DNA from: Solirubrobacteraceae bacterium
GTDB taxonomy: Bacteria > Actinomycetota > Thermoleophilia > Solirubrobacterales > Solirubrobacteraceae
Assembly: GCA_034664565.1 (NCBI GenBank)
Contig: JAXDHJ010000045.1
Location: forward strand, 22,816 to 86,815
Direction: 5' to 3'
DNA length: 64,000 bases
Position numbers and translations under genes: made by a program. The first letter of the stretch is position 1. Each line of letters opens with the position of its first letter. Below, one piece after another: positions 25,825 through 36,712 of the stretch. The notes under the pieces were generated by a model, which was given only the letters and a program-made list of their open reading frames with translations, made no database searches and had not been told where the DNA came from.

Positions 25825-27771
25825 ATGGCGCACATACCGGCCCTAGACTGGGCCACCGTGGCCCTCGCCAAGCCGCTCACCCGGCGCCGCCCGGCGCCGC
25901 GCGGTTCGGGCCGGATGACCGGCGCCGTCGCGGCGTCGGCGATCCTCGGGTTCCTCACCGCCGCCGCGGCGTTGGCCTACGCCGCCTACGCCATCCACCG
26001 TTACGCGCGCTTCGAGGCCGGCGGCTTCGATCTCGGCATCTTCGACCAGGTGGTCTGGCATTACAGCCTCTTCGAGGCCCCGGCCAGCTCGATCAAGAAC
26101 CTGGCCAGCATCTGGGGCGATCACTTCTCCCCCATTCTCGCCCTCCTCGCCCCCCTCTACTGGATCTGGGACGACGCCCGGACGCTGCTCATCGCCCAGG
26201 CCGTCCTCCTCGGGGCAGCGGCGTGGCCGATCTTCCTCTACGCCCGCGTCCGGCTCGGGGACTGGGCCGCCCTCGGCCTCGCCGTCGCCTACCTGGCCTT
26301 CTGGGGTGTGCAGAGCGCCGTCGGCTTCGACTTCCACGAGCTCGCCTTCGCTCCGCTGCTCGGCGCCTGCGCGGTGCTGGCCGCCGACCGGCGCTCGTGG
26401 CGCTGGTTCCTCGTCGCCGTGGTCGCGCTGCTCGCGGTCAAGGAGGACCAGGCATTCGTCGTGGTGGCGCTCGGACTGTGGCTCCTCACCGCGCGCCAGT
26501 GGCGTGCGGCGGCCGGGTGCCTGGTCCTCGGAGCCGCCTGGTACCTCCTCGTCGTGCGCCTGCTGATCCCGGCTGAGAACCCCGGCGGCGGCTACGCCTA
26601 CTTCAGCTACGGCCGGCTCGGCTCGGGTCCGCTCGCGCTCGCCTGGAACGTCATCTCCCGGCCCCGCTACGTGCTCGAGACCGTGTTCGCCGATCCGACC
26701 CGCAGTCACACGATCGCCCTGCTCTACCTCCCGCTCCTCTTCCTGCCCCTCCTCTCGCGCACGGTGATCATCCAACTCCCCCTCCTCGCCGAGCGCTTCC
26801 TCTCCACCAACCCGGCCTACTGGAACACACGCGGGCACTACACGCTGGCCATCGCCGCCTTCCTCTTCCTCGGAGCCGCCGACGGGATCGGCACCCTCAC
26901 CCGCCTGATCGGTCGGGTCGGCCGGGTGGGCGAGCGGGTGCGGGTGGCGTCGATCGTCGGCCTTGCCGGCGCCGTCCTCGTCCTCCAGGTGATCTATGCC
27001 CAGGCGTTCCCCCTTTCCGGCCTCCTCCGCGCCGATTTCCGGTCCGTCCCCCGGCAGGCGGCGGACCTCGACCGTGCCCTCCGGGCCGTTCCCCCTGGCG
27101 CATCGGTGGCCGCCGAGGATCCGGCCGTCCCCCGTCTCAGCCACCGGCCGACGGTCGCCGAGATCAGCTCGAAGACGGGGTCGACCGACTACATCCTCGC
27201 CAACGTCCTCCACCCGGTGGGGGCGATCACCATCAACGAGGGCTTCGCCACCGTCTCGCGCTTCGTCGACGACCGCCTCGCCGCCTATGCCCCGGCCGCC
27301 TGGTCGCATGGCTGGCTCGTGCTGCGCTCCCGCACCCTCCCCGCCCGAGCCCCACCGTCCGAGCTCGCGCCGCTCGCGCCCGGCCTCGCCCGCCGAGTGC
27401 GGAGCACCGGGGCGGGATGGATGACCGCGCTGGCGGCGACCGAGCGCGCCCTCCAGCGCTGCTACTCGACCGACCCCACGCCGCGCTGCTACCTGGCCGG
27501 CGGGGCCCCGATCGCCGCCGGTCAGGCCACCCTGGAGGCCGCGCTGGCCACCACCCCGGCTGCCTCCTCCCCCGGCTGCCGGGAGCTGGCGGGCGCGGCG
27601 GCCTCGGCCACCCGAGCACTCGCCGCCGCGCTCGAGGCGGTGGCGGTGACCGGCGCCCGCCGCGACCCCGCCGCCCTGGCTCGCGGCCTGGCCCTCGTCT
27701 CCGCGCGGCAGGCAGGCGGCGACGCGCCCGGCTTCCTCACCCGGCTCGTCGGGCTCTGCGCCCCCGCCTGA
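25825..27771 (+). CDS. DUF2079-like polytopic membrane protein with about 200-aa C-terminal extension
   Basis: Multiple TM segments and FEAGGFDLGIFDQVVWH...GDHFSPIL, typical of DUF2079. The start is uncertain (25795, 25825 or 25915). Confidence 0.75.
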   Translation: MAHIPALDWATVALAKPLTRRRPAPRGSGRMTGAVAASAILGFLTAAAALAYAAYAIHRYARFEAGGFDLGIFDQVVWHYSLFEAPASSIKNLASIWGDHFSPILALLAPLYWIWDDARTLLIAQAVLLGAAAWPIFLYARVRLGDWAALGLAVAYLAFWGVQSAVGFDFHELAFAPLLGACAVLAADRRSWRWFLVAVVALLAVKEDQAFVVVALGLWLLTARQWRAAAGCLVLGAAWYLLVVRLLIPAENPGGGYAYFSYGRLGSGPLALAWNVISRPRYVLETVFADPTRSHTIALLYLPLLFLPLLSRTVIIQLPLLAERFLSTNPAYWNTRGHYTLAIAAFLFLGAADGIGTLTRLIGRVGRVGERVRVASIVGLAGAVLVLQVIYAQAFPLSGLLRADFRSVPRQAADLDRALRAVPPGASVAAEDPAVPRLSHRPTVAEISSKTGSTDYILANVLHPVGAITINEGFATVSRFVDDRLAAYAPAAWSHGWLVLRSRTLPARAPPSELAPLAPGLARRVRSTGAGWMTALAATERALQRCYSTDPTPRCYLAGGAPIAAGQATLEAALATTPAASSPGCRELAGAAASATRALAAALEAVAVTGARRDPAALARGLALVSARQAGGDAPGFLTRLVGLCAPA

Positions 27772-27777
27772 ACGGAC

Positions 27778-29355
27778 TCAGAGCGCCTGGCGCAGGACGG
27801 GGCGCTTGGCCGCGCCCGCCTCGTCGAGGCGGCGCACCGGGGTGGTGTAGGGCGCCTGGCGGGCGATCTCCGGGTCCTCGCGGGCCTCGGCGAGGATGTC
27901 GGCGATGGCCTGGGCGAAGGCGTCGAGGGTCTCCCGCGTCTCGGTCTCCGTCGGCTCGACGAGGAGGGCCTCGTCGACCACCAGGGGGAAGTACACCGTC
28001 GGCGGGTGGTAGCCGTGGTCGAGCAGGCGCTTGGCCAGGTCGAGCGTCTTGATCTTCAGCTCGCGCTTCATCGGCGCGCCGGAGAGGACGAACTCGTGCA
28101 TGCAGCGATACCGGGCCGGCCCACCCCCGGCGGCGGCCTCGCCGGCGGCGGGGAGGGCGCCGTAGGCCGGGGCCAGCATGTCCCACACCCCGAGCGCCCC
28201 GAGGCGGGCCAGGAGGTAGTTGGCGTTGAGCACCGCCACCTCGGAGACGTCGCGCAGGCCGCCGCCCCCGAGCGAGCAGATGTAGGCGTAGGTCCGCACC
28301 AGGCAGCCGTAGTTGCCGTGGAACCCGCGCAGGCGTCCGATCGACTTCGGCCGGTCGTAGTCGAGGTCGAACTCCGCCCCGTCCTCGCCGCCGCCGCCGC
28401 CGCCGCGCCGGAGGATGACCGGACGCGGGAGGTAGGGCTCGATCCGGTCGGACACGGCGATCGGGCCCGACCCTGGCCCGCCGCCGCCGTGGGGCTGGGT
28501 GAAGGTCTTGTGGAGGTTGAAGTGGACGATGTCGAACCCCATGTCCCCCGGCCGGGAGATGCCCATCACCGCGTTGAGGTTGGCCCCGTCGTAGTACAGG
28601 GTCGCCCCCACCCCGTGGACGATCCGGGCGATCTCCTCGATGTTGGGGTCGAAGAGGCCGAGGGTGTTGGGGTTGGTCAGCATCAGGCAGGCCACGTCGG
28701 CGCCGGCCTTGGCCCGCAGATCGTCGATGTCGACTCCGCCGTCGGCGTTGGTTCCCACCTTGACCACCTCGTAGCCGGCCATGGTCACCGTGGCCGGGTT
28801 GGTGCCGTGAGCGGCCTCCGGGGTCAGCACCTTGGTGCGCACGTCGCCCCGGTCGTCGTGGTAGGCCCGGGTGAGGAGGACCCCGGCCAGCTCGCCGTGG
28901 GACCCGGCGCTCGGCTGGAGGGAGATGTGGGGCAGGCCGGCGATCTCGCTGAGCGCCCGCTCGAGGCGCCACATGAGCTCGAGCGCCCCCTGGGCCAGGG
29001 CGGGCTCCTGGAGGGGGTGCAGGCGGGCGTGGCCGGGCAGGGCGGCCACCCGCTCGTGCAGGCGCGGGTTGTGCTTCATGGTGCACGACCCGAGCGGGTA
29101 GAAGCCGGAGTCGAGATCGAAGTTCCGCCGCGAGATGCGCACGTAGTGGCGCACGAGCTCGGGCTCGGATACCTCGGGGAGCCGCGGCGCCTCCCGCCGG
29201 CGCAGCCGGCCGGGGATGAGCTCGTCGAGGGGACGGTCGGGGACACCGGTCGGGGGCGCCACGAAGGCCCGCCGCCCGGGGGCGCCCTTCTCGAAGATGG
29301 TCCGCGCCCGGTCGCGCTGCATCTCGGTCTCGGCCGCGGTGGTCGGCGCCGCCAT
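27778..29355 (-). CDS. gcvPB: glycine dehydrogenase (decarboxylating) subunit 2
   Basis: GSCTMKHNP and HFNLHKTFTQPHGGGGPG (PLP lysine). The ATG overlaps the gcvPA stop (TGATG). Confidence 0.94.
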   Translation of the reverse strand: MAAPTTAAETEMQRDRARTIFEKGAPGRRAFVAPPTGVPDRPLDELIPGRLRRREAPRLPEVSEPELVRHYVRISRRNFDLDSGFYPLGSCTMKHNPRLHERVAALPGHARLHPLQEPALAQGALELMWRLERALSEIAGLPHISLQPSAGSHGELAGVLLTRAYHDDRGDVRTKVLTPEAAHGTNPATVTMAGYEVVKVGTNADGGVDIDDLRAKAGADVACLMLTNPNTLGLFDPNIEEIARIVHGVGATLYYDGANLNAVMGISRPGDMGFDIVHFNLHKTFTQPHGGGGPGSGPIAVSDRIEPYLPRPVILRRGGGGGGEDGAEFDLDYDRPKSIGRLRGFHGNYGCLVRTYAYICSLGGGGLRDVSEVAVLNANYLLARLGALGVWDMLAPAYGALPAAGEAAAGGGPARYRCMHEFVLSGAPMKRELKIKTLDLAKRLLDHGYHPPTVYFPLVVDEALLVEPTETETRETLDAFAQAIADILAEAREDPEIARQAPYTTPVRRLDEAGAAKRPVLRQAL

Positions 29356-30740
29356 CAGGCCACCGCCGCCCCGTCGCGCTCGGCGGCCAGCGCCCGGGCC
29401 AGGACGGCGCTCAGGCGATCGATGTCCTCGCGCGAGCGCTGCTCGGTGACCGCCACCAGCAGGCCGCTCGGGTGCTCGGGGTAGGTGCGCCCGAGGGCAT
29501 ACCCGGCGTTGACCCCCTCGGCGTGGCAGCGGGCGAGGACGCGGGCCACGCCGGCCGGGCCGTCGACCTCGAGGGCGACGGCGAACTCCCGCACCACCGG
29601 CTGGCGGTGGATGGCCGAGATGCCGGCCACCGCGCACAGGCAGTCGCGGGCGTAGGCCGTGCGCCGGGCCAGGAGCTCGCCGAGCTCGACCAGGCCCCGG
29701 CGCCCGAGCCAGCTCAGATAGACCACGCCGGCCAGGGCGTTCAGCGCCTGTGAGGTGCAGATGTTCGAGGTCGCCCGCTCGCGGCGGATGTGCTGCTCGC
29801 GGGTCTGGAGGGTGAGGACGAAGCCGCGCCGGCCGTCGACGTCGCGGGTCTCCCCGACGATCCGCCCCGGCATCCGCCGCAGGTGCTCGGCGCGGGCGGC
29901 GAAGAAGCCGAACGACGGGCCGCCGAAGTCGAGCCGGTTGCCCAGGGTCTGGCCCTCACCGACGCACACGTCGACCCCGAGCACGCCCGGCGCCTCGAGG
30001 ATACCGAGGGTCAGCGGGTCGGCCGTGCACACCACCAGCGCCCCGTGGGCCCGGGCGGCGGCGACCAGGGGCTCGAGGTCCTCGACGGCGCCGAGGAAGT
30101 TGGGCTGGGCCACGAACACCGCGCTCACCGTCTCGTCGATGGCCGCCGCCCACGCCTCGGGATCGGTCACCCCGGCGTCGAGGTCGACCTCGTCCACCGT
30201 CATCCCGTAGCCCACCGAGAGGGTGGCCAGGGTCTCCCGGGCGTGGGGATGTACGCCGCGGGAGATGACGAAGCGCTCGCGGCCGTGGCTGAGCTTGGCC
30301 AGGTAGCCGGCGGCGGCCAGGGCCGAGGGACCCTCGTAGACCGAGGCGTTGGACACCTCGAGGCCGGTGAGCTCGCAGATCGCCGTCTGGTACTCGAACA
30401 TCACCTGGAGGCCGCCCTGGGAGACCTCGGGCTGGTAGGGCGTGTACGGGGTGAGGAACTCCGAGCGGGTGGTGAGCATGTCGATCACCGCCGGGACGTA
30501 GTGGTCGTACATCCCGGCGCCCAGGAAGCAGAGCTCGTCCTCGGCGCTGACGTTGGCCGCCGCCAGGTCGCGCAGGTGGCGGAACACCTCGGCCTCGCCC
30601 TGACCGTCGGGCAGGTCGAGGGGGCGCCCGAGGCGCACGCCGGCCGGGATCCCGGCGAAGAGCTCGTCGACCGAGTCGACCCCGATCTCGGCGAGCATGG
30701 CCTCGAGGTCCACCGGGGTGACGGCGGTGTAGCGGCTCAT
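29355..30740 (-). CDS. gcvPA: glycine dehydrogenase (decarboxylating) subunit 1
   Basis: 461 aa reading FLGAGMYDHYVP, TPYQPEVSQG, REQHIRRERATSNICT. Confidence 0.94.
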   Translation of the reverse strand: MSRYTAVTPVDLEAMLAEIGVDSVDELFAGIPAGVRLGRPLDLPDGQGEAEVFRHLRDLAAANVSAEDELCFLGAGMYDHYVPAVIDMLTTRSEFLTPYTPYQPEVSQGGLQVMFEYQTAICELTGLEVSNASVYEGPSALAAAGYLAKLSHGRERFVISRGVHPHARETLATLSVGYGMTVDEVDLDAGVTDPEAWAAAIDETVSAVFVAQPNFLGAVEDLEPLVAAARAHGALVVCTADPLTLGILEAPGVLGVDVCVGEGQTLGNRLDFGGPSFGFFAARAEHLRRMPGRIVGETRDVDGRRGFVLTLQTREQHIRRERATSNICTSQALNALAGVVYLSWLGRRGLVELGELLARRTAYARDCLCAVAGISAIHRQPVVREFAVALEVDGPAGVARVLARCHAEGVNAGYALGRTYPEHPSGLLVAVTEQRSREDIDRLSAVLARALAAERDGAAVA

Positions 30741-30753
30741 GCCCGACCCGGGG

Positions 30754-31137
30754 TCAAAGGGACGCTACGTAGGTCGCCTGATCGAGCAGCGCCTCGCGCT
30801 CGGACGGGTCGGCCACGCGGATCTTGACCATCCAACCCGCGCCGTAGGGGTCGTCGTTGACCTGCTCCGGGGTCTTCGCGAGCTCCTCGTTGACCTCGAT
30901 CACCTCGCCCGAGAGGGGGGCGAACACGTCGGAGACGGCCTTGACCGACTCGACCTCGGCGTAGGCCTCGTTCTGGGTGATCTGGGTGCCGATGGCCGGC
31001 GGCTCGAAGAAGACGACCTCGCCGAGGGCGTCCTGGGCATGCCAGGTGATGCCGAGCACGGCCTCGTCGCCCTCCACCCGGGCCCAGTCGTGCTCGGGGT
31101 GGTAGAGCAGATCTTCGGGATAGGTCTCCTGCGCCAT
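30754..31137 (-). CDS. gcvH: glycine cleavage system H protein
   Basis: Lipoyl-lysine motif VESVKAVSDVFAPLSGEV. Start is set at ATG 31137, preceded by GAGGGGA. Confidence 0.92.
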   Translation of the reverse strand: MAQETYPEDLLYHPEHDWARVEGDEAVLGITWHAQDALGEVVFFEPPAIGTQITQNEAYAEVESVKAVSDVFAPLSGEVIEVNEELAKTPEQVNDDPYGAGWMVKIRVADPSEREALLDQATYVASL

Positions 31138-31219
31138 TCGATCGGTCCCCTCGAAGTGATGCCGACCATGGACTGTAGCCATTCCTCACCGGGCGCCAGA
31201 TTCCGCCCCGGCGCCCGGG

Positions 31220-32311
31220 CTAGGGGCGAGTGAGGAGCGGCTTGGAGGCGACCACCGCCGGACGCTCGCGCCCGCGCACGTCGATGGTGATCTCACTCCC
31301 CGGGGTGGCGCGGTCGGACGGCAGGTAGGCCATCCCCACCCCCACGGCCAGGCTCGGCGAGTAGGTCCCGCTCGTCACCACGCCCCCACCGAGGACCGGA
31401 CAGCCCGGCCGGGGGACCCCGGCGCCGGTGAGCTTGAACGGGGCCAGCTTCTCGGCCGTTCCCTCCTCGCGGCGGGCGCGGACGGCCTCGGAGCCGATGA
31501 AGCCGGTGTCCTCCCGGCAGCACCAGCCGAGGCCGGCCTCGATCGGGTTGCGCTCCTCGGTGAGCTCGTTGCCGTAGAGGGGGTAGCACACCTCGATGCG
31601 CAGGGTGTCGCGGGCGCCGAGCCCGGCCGGGCGCACTCCCCGGCGCAGCAGCTCCTCCCAGATCGCCACCGCGTGCTCGGGGTCGACCAGCAGCTCGACG
31701 CCGTCCTCGCCGGTGTAGCCCGTCCCGCACACCAGCGACTCGTGGCCGGCCAGCACTCGCCGGGCGACCGTCATGCGCAGCGGCAGGGGCGCGTTGGAGA
31801 TGGCCTGGACCATCTCCCGGGCCAGGGGGCCCTGGACGGCGAGCATGGCGTAGTCCTCGCGGCGGTCGAGGACCTCGACGTCGAACCCCTCGGCCTGGCG
31901 GCGCAGCCAGGCGAGATCCTTCTCGTGGTTGGAGGCGTTGGTCACGGTGAGGAAGCGCTCGGCCCCGAGGCGGTAGGTGAGCAGGTCGTCGAGCACGCCG
32001 CCGTCCTCGCGGCAGATCAGGCCGTACTGGCCGCCGCCGACCGCCAGCTTCTCGAGGTCGTTGGAGAGCACCCGCTGGAGGAAGGCGAAGGCCCCGGGGC
32101 CGCGGGACTCGATCTCGCCCATGTGGGAGACGTCGAAGACGCCGGCCGCCGAGCGCACCGCCAGGTGCTCCTCGATCACGCTCTGGTACTGGACGGGCAT
32201 CTCCCATCCGGCGAAGGGCACCAGCCGCGCCCCCGCCGCCCGGTGAGCGTCGATCAGCGGCGTCCGGCGAAGGTCGGTGTCTGGCGCCCCGGACATGTGC
32301 CGAGCGAGCAT
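31220..32311 (-). CDS. gcvT: aminomethyltransferase (glycine cleavage T protein)
   Basis: RTPLIDAHRAAGARLVPFAGWEMPVQY and DVSHMGE. ATG 32296 is an alternative start. Confidence 0.94.
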   Translation of the reverse strand: MLARHMSGAPDTDLRRTPLIDAHRAAGARLVPFAGWEMPVQYQSVIEEHLAVRSAAGVFDVSHMGEIESRGPGAFAFLQRVLSNDLEKLAVGGGQYGLICREDGGVLDDLLTYRLGAERFLTVTNASNHEKDLAWLRRQAEGFDVEVLDRREDYAMLAVQGPLAREMVQAISNAPLPLRMTVARRVLAGHESLVCGTGYTGEDGVELLVDPEHAVAIWEELLRRGVRPAGLGARDTLRIEVCYPLYGNELTEERNPIEAGLGWCCREDTGFIGSEAVRARREEGTAEKLAPFKLTGAGVPRPGCPVLGGGVVTSGTYSPSLAVGVGMAYLPSDRATPGSEITIDVRGRERPAVVASKPLLTRP

Positions 32312-32345
32312 ATCGCCCGCCCGCGGCCGCCCCGACCCGCTCGGC

Positions 32346-33455
32346 TCAGCGCAGGAACGGCGGGACGTCGATGTCGTCGTCGGAGATCTCCAGCGACGAC
32401 CGCTGGCGCTCGGAGATGCGCGGGCCGCGGTCGGGCGGCGGGGCCGGGCGCCCCTCGCGGCGTCCCTCGCGCAGGCCCTCCCGGGCGTTGCGCACGGCGC
32501 GCCCGCCGGGTCGGTGGTCGAAGCCAGTGCCGATCACCGTCACCCGGACGTCGTCGCCGTGGCTCTCGTCGATCACCGCGCCGAAGATGATGTTGGCGTC
32601 GCGGTCGGCCGCGGTCTGGACGATCTCGGCCGCCTCGTTGCCCTCGAAGAGCCCGAGGTCACGGCCGCCGGTGATGTTGAGGAGGATGCCGGTGGCCCCG
32701 TCGATCGACTCCTCGAGCAGGGGCGAGGCGATGGCCGCCTTGGCCGCCTCCGCCGCCCGGTTCTCGCCGGTGCCCGAGCCGATGCCCATCACCGCGGTCC
32801 CGGCGTCGGTCATGATCGTCCGCACGTCGGCGAAGTCGAGGTTGATCAGGCCGGGGATGGTGATCAGGTCGGTGATGCCCTGCACGCCCTGGCGCAGGAC
32901 GTTGTCGGCCTCCTTGAAGGCGTCGAGGATCGACGTCCGGCGCTCGACGATGGCCAGGAGCTTCTCGTTGGGGATGACGATCAGGGTGTCGACCACCTCG
33001 CGCAGGCGCTGGATCCCCTCCTCGGCCTGCCGGGCGCGCTGGCTGCCCTCGAACTCGAAGGGCCGGGTGACCACCCCGACGGTGAGCGCCCCGATCTCCT
33101 TCTTGGCGATCTCGGCGATCACCGGAGCCGCGCCGGTCCCGGTTCCGCCGCCCTCGCCGGCGGTGACGAAGACCATGTCGGCGCCCTTGAGCGCCTCCTT
33201 GATGTCGTCGCGCGACTCCGAGGCCGCCCCGTACCCGGTCTCCGGGTTGGCGCCGGCGCCGAGGCCCTTGGTCAGCTCGCTGCCGATGGTGAGCTTGATG
33301 TCGGCGTCGCACATGGCCAGGGCCTGGGCGTCGGTGTTCGATGCGATGAACTCGACCCCACGCAGACCGGCGTCGACCATTCGGCTGACGGCGTTGGTGC
33401 CGCCCCCGCCGACGCCGACGACCTTGATGACCGCCAGGTAACTGCCGCTTTCCAT
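32346..33455 (-). CDS. ftsZ: cell division protein FtsZ
   Basis: [25 protein letters not shown] and NLDFADV, with the C-terminal conserved peptide [10 protein letters not shown]. Confidence 0.98.
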   Translation of the reverse strand: MESGSYLAVIKVVGVGGGGTNAVSRMVDAGLRGVEFIASNTDAQALAMCDADIKLTIGSELTKGLGAGANPETGYGAASESRDDIKEALKGADMVFVTAGEGGGTGTGAAPVIAEIAKKEIGALTVGVVTRPFEFEGSQRARQAEEGIQRLREVVDTLIVIPNEKLLAIVERRTSILDAFKEADNVLRQGVQGITDLITIPGLINLDFADVRTIMTDAGTAVMGIGSGTGENRAAEAAKAAIASPLLEESIDGATGILLNITGGRDLGLFEGNEAAEIVQTAADRDANIIFGAVIDESHGDDVRVTVIGTGFDHRPGGRAVRNAREGLREGRREGRPAPPPDRGPRISERQRSSLEISDDDIDVPPFLR

Positions 33456-33651
33456 TTCTCGTCCGAGCCTCTAGTTAGAGTGAAGGGTTTGGCGCATTCA
33501 GTGCGAGCCTGTGTAAATCCACGTTATGCAGGGCTCCTGCGCGTTGTCAAGTCTGCCTCATCTCGCAACTTCTCTTGCAGAAGCCGGAACCCTCGACCCT
33601 AGCGGGATCCAGCCGAAATTATCGGTCTCAGCCTCGACTGGAGGTTGAGAG

Positions 33652-34425
33652 TCATCCTCCGGGCGCGGCACCGGTGACCAGGGCGCCGGCGGCGGTCCCG
33701 GGGGCCCGGGCCGCGGCGACGCTGGTCTGGGGATCACCGACCTGGGCCGCCGGATGGTCCGGGGCGTGGACGTCGAGGTAGACGGCGCCGCGCGAGGCGG
33801 GATCGGCGAGGACGCGGGCCACCGCCGCCCACTTGGCGTGCAGGCGGGTGGTGTCGCCGAAGTAGAGCGCCGGCCCGCCGCGCAGGGCGGCGGTCAGGCC
33901 GTGGGCCGCCCCGTCGGTGACCTGGGCGACCCGGGCGCGCAGGACGGGCGGGGCGATGTCGAGCAGCTCGACCGCCTCGATGCTCAGCGGGTCGCTGATG
34001 CGGCTCCCGCCGGGAAGCTGGTCGACGGCGATCGCGGCCACGTCGGGGGCGCTCCCGATCCCGCGGACGATCTTCCCGTCGGCGGCCACCGGCAGGCGCT
34101 GGCCGGCGGCCACGAGCGCCGCCACCGGGAGCTCCTCGATCACCTGGATGCGCACCCCGTGGGGGAACTCGGTGCGGGCCCGGACGTCGCGGACCACGGC
34201 GAAGGAGGCGACCGCCGCCCGCAGGCGGGAGAGGTCGAGGTGGGTGGTGGTCATCCCCCGGGCCGAGTCCTCGAGCGTGGTGCGGATGGTCGGCGCCTGG
34301 GGCCCGTGGAGCCCGACGACCGCCACCTTCTGCACGGCGAAGAGCGGCGCGTCGCGCAGGAGCAGCCAGCTCCCGTAGATGGCGAGCAGGGCGGCGGCCA
34401 CCCCGGCGATCTTCAGGCGGGACAT
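33652..34425 (-). CDS. ftsQ: cell division protein FtsQ (POTRA domain)
   Basis: Single N-terminal TM (IAGVAAALLAIYGSWLLL), then POTRA FAVQKVAVVGL. Located between murB and ftsZ. Start is set at ATG 34425. Confidence 0.8.
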   Translation of the reverse strand: MSRLKIAGVAAALLAIYGSWLLLRDAPLFAVQKVAVVGLHGPQAPTIRTTLEDSARGMTTTHLDLSRLRAAVASFAVVRDVRARTEFPHGVRIQVIEELPVAALVAAGQRLPVAADGKIVRGIGSAPDVAAIAVDQLPGGSRISDPLSIEAVELLDIAPPVLRARVAQVTDGAAHGLTAALRGGPALYFGDTTRLHAKWAAVARVLADPASRGAVYLDVHAPDHPAAQVGDPQTSVAAARAPGTAAGALVTGAAPGG

Positions 34426-34490
34426 CGACCGTCCTCTTCGACCGCCCGTCCCGAACCCCTGCCTCGCCGCCGGCGCCCGGCCCCTCGTCC

Positions 34491-35387
34491 TCAGTCCACC
34501 GGCCCGCCCCGCCAGGGGAAGCGGACCGGGCCGAGGGTCTGGACCTCGGCCTCGAGCTCGAGCCCCCACCGCTCGGCCACCAGGCGCCGGCCCGCGGCCA
34601 TCAGGGCGACGATGTCCGCCGTGGTCGCCGTGCCCGTGTTCTCCACGAAGTTGGCGTGCTTGGGGGAGAAGCGAGCCCCGCCGACCCGCAGGGCGGTGGC
34701 ACCGGCGCCGGCGAGGAGGAGCCCCGCCGTCTGCCCCGGGGGGTTCTTGAACGTCGAGCCGAAGGTGCGGATGCCCTTGGGCTGGGCGGCGTGGCGGCGG
34801 CGGCGCAGGTCGGCCAGGCGCGCCCGGACCTGCTCGCTCGGGGCCGGCTCGAGCACGAACTCGGCCCGGGCCACCACCTCCTCGGGCCCGAGGTTCGAGG
34901 CCCGGTAGACCAGGTCGAGCTCGTCCGGCCGGCGGCGCTGCCTCCCCAGGGCGGTGTGCACCTCGACCCAGGCCAGCACCCGGGCCAGCTCACCGCCGTA
35001 GGCGTTGGCGTTCATCCGCACCGCCCCGCCGACCGTGCCCGGGATGTTGACCCCGAACTCGATCCCCGCCAGCCCGACCTCGGCCGCCCGGGCGGCCACC
35101 GCCGGGAGCCGCGCCCCGCCGCCGCAGCGGATCCCCGTGCCCCGCGGCTCGATCCGGGCCAGCTCGCGGTCGAGCTTGAGCACCAGCCCGCCCACCCCCT
35201 CGTCGGCGACCAGGAGGTTCGACCCCGAGCCGACCACGGCCACCGCGAGCCCCCGCGCCGCCGCCCAGGCCAGGAGCTCGTCGAGCTCGGCGCCGCTCCC
35301 CGCCCGGGCGAAGAACTCGGCCGAGCCGCCGGTGCGCACCGTCGTCAGGCGGGCGAGAGGGAAGTTCGACACCGGCTCCAAGATCAA
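34491..35387 (-). CDS. murB: UDP-N-acetylenolpyruvoylglucosamine reductase
   Basis: LARLTTVRTGGSAEFF, GSGSNLLV, GSTFKNP. The TTG start overlaps the murC stop (TTGA). Confidence 0.9.
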   Translation of the reverse strand: MILEPVSNFPLARLTTVRTGGSAEFFARAGSGAELDELLAWAAARGLAVAVVGSGSNLLVADEGVGGLVLKLDRELARIEPRGTGIRCGGGARLPAVAARAAEVGLAGIEFGVNIPGTVGGAVRMNANAYGGELARVLAWVEVHTALGRQRRRPDELDLVYRASNLGPEEVVARAEFVLEPAPSEQVRARLADLRRRRHAAQPKGIRTFGSTFKNPPGQTAGLLLAGAGATALRVGGARFSPKHANFVENTGTATTADIVALMAAGRRLVAERWGLELEAEVQTLGPVRFPWRGGPVD

Positions 35388-36712
35388 CCGATCAGGCGCC
35401 GCCCGAGCTCGTCTACGTCGCCGGCCCCCACCACCAGGCAGAGGTCGTCGGCCCCGAGCAGCCCGCCGAGGACCTGCTCGGCCTCCCCCGGTCCGGGCAG
35501 CCAGTAGACCGGGCGCCCGCCGGCGGCGTCGGCGCTCGCCGCCGCGATCATCCGGCCGCTCACCCCCGGAAAGTCGACCGCCCGCTCGCGCGCCGGGTAG
35601 ACGTCGAGGACCACGACCACGTCGGCCCCGGCCAGCGCCTCCCCGAACTCCCGCGCCAGCTCCCGCGTGCGCGAGTAGAGGTGGGGCTGGAACACGGCGA
35701 CCAGCCGGCGGTGGGGAAGGGTCCGGGCGGCGGCCAGCGTCGCCGCCACCTCGGTCGGGTGATGGGCGTAGTCGTCGTAGACCGACGCTCCCGTCGGGGT
35801 CCGCCCCAGGCGCTCGAAGCGCCGGGCCACGCCGGCGAAGGCCCCGAGGGCGGCCGCCGCCGCCCCGAGGTCGGCTCCCACCAACCGGCACACCTCGAGG
35901 GCGCCGGCCGCGTTGAGCGCGTTGTGGGCCCCCGGCACCCGCAGGCTGACCGCCACCCCGTGCGCCTCGAAGCGCGAGCCGCCGTCCACGAGGACGGGCG
36001 CCGGCACGTCGTAGGCGCTCACCGGCCCCTCGCGCAGGGCCAGGAGCTCCGGCCGATCCCAGATCACCGCCGCGGGCGCCCCGGCCAGGAAGCGCCGGTA
36101 GACCCGGTCGAGCTCGAGGCGCGAGCCGAAGCTGGCATGGTGGTCGAGCTCGACGCTGGTCAGCACGGCGATCTCCACCGTCAGCGACAGCATCGAGCGG
36201 TCGGACTCGTCGGCCTCGACCACCAGCCAGTCGCCGCTTCCCCAGGCGCCGTTGCGCCCGGTCTCCCGCAGCGTCCCCCCGATCAGGTACCCGGGATCGA
36301 GCCCGCAGCCGCGCAGGGCGGTGGTGACCATGCTCGCCGTGGTCGTCTTCCCGTGAGCTCCGGCCACGGCGATCGTCCGGCGCAGCCGGGTGAGCTCACC
36401 GAGGAGCTCGGCCCGGCCGCGGACGCGCAGGCCCCGCTCCTGCGCCGCCCGGCGCTCGACGTTCTCGGGGGCGATCGCGCTCGAGCAGAAGACCTCGACA
36501 TCGGCCCCGGCCGGGAGGTTGGCCGCCGCGTGGCCGATGCTCGCCCTCAGCACCCCGTCCTCGGCCAGCCCCCGGGCGAACGGGGACTCGGCCCGATCGG
36601 AGCCGGTGACCGTCGCCCCGAGGGCATGGGCCGCCCGGGCGTAGGCGCTCATCCCGGCGCCGCCGACGCCGAGTATGTGCAGGCGCCGGCCGCTCCACGG
36701 CGCCCCGGTCAT
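35384..36712 (-). CDS. murC: UDP-N-acetylmuramate--L-alanine ligase
   Basis: HILGVGGAGMS, VAGAHGKTTTASM, DYAHHPTE. The ATG overlaps the murG stop (ATGA). Confidence 0.94.
   Translation of the reverse strand: MTGAPWSGRRLHILGVGGAGMSAYARAAHALGATVTGSDRAESPFARGLAEDGVLRASIGHAAANLPAGADVEVFCSSAIAPENVERRAAQERGLRVRGRAELLGELTRLRRTIAVAGAHGKTTTASMVTTALRGCGLDPGYLIGGTLRETGRNGAWGSGDWLVVEADESDRSMLSLTVEIAVLTSVELDHHASFGSRLELDRVYRRFLAGAPAAVIWDRPELLALREGPVSAYDVPAPVLVDGGSRFEAHGVAVSLRVPGAHNALNAAGALEVCRLVGADLGAAAAALGAFAGVARRFERLGRTPTGASVYDDYAHHPTEVAATLAAARTLPHRRLVAVFQPHLYSRTRELAREFGEALAGADVVVVLDVYPARERAVDFPGVSGRMIAAASADAAGGRPVYWLPGPGEAEQVLGGLLGADDLCLVVGAGDVDELGRRLIG

Noticed and set aside
32297-32345. Possible glycine riboswitch upstream of gcvT.
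   Set aside because: Only 34-49 nt separate the ftsZ stop from gcvT. That is far too short for even a single glycine aptamer, and no aptamer-like conserved core was seen.
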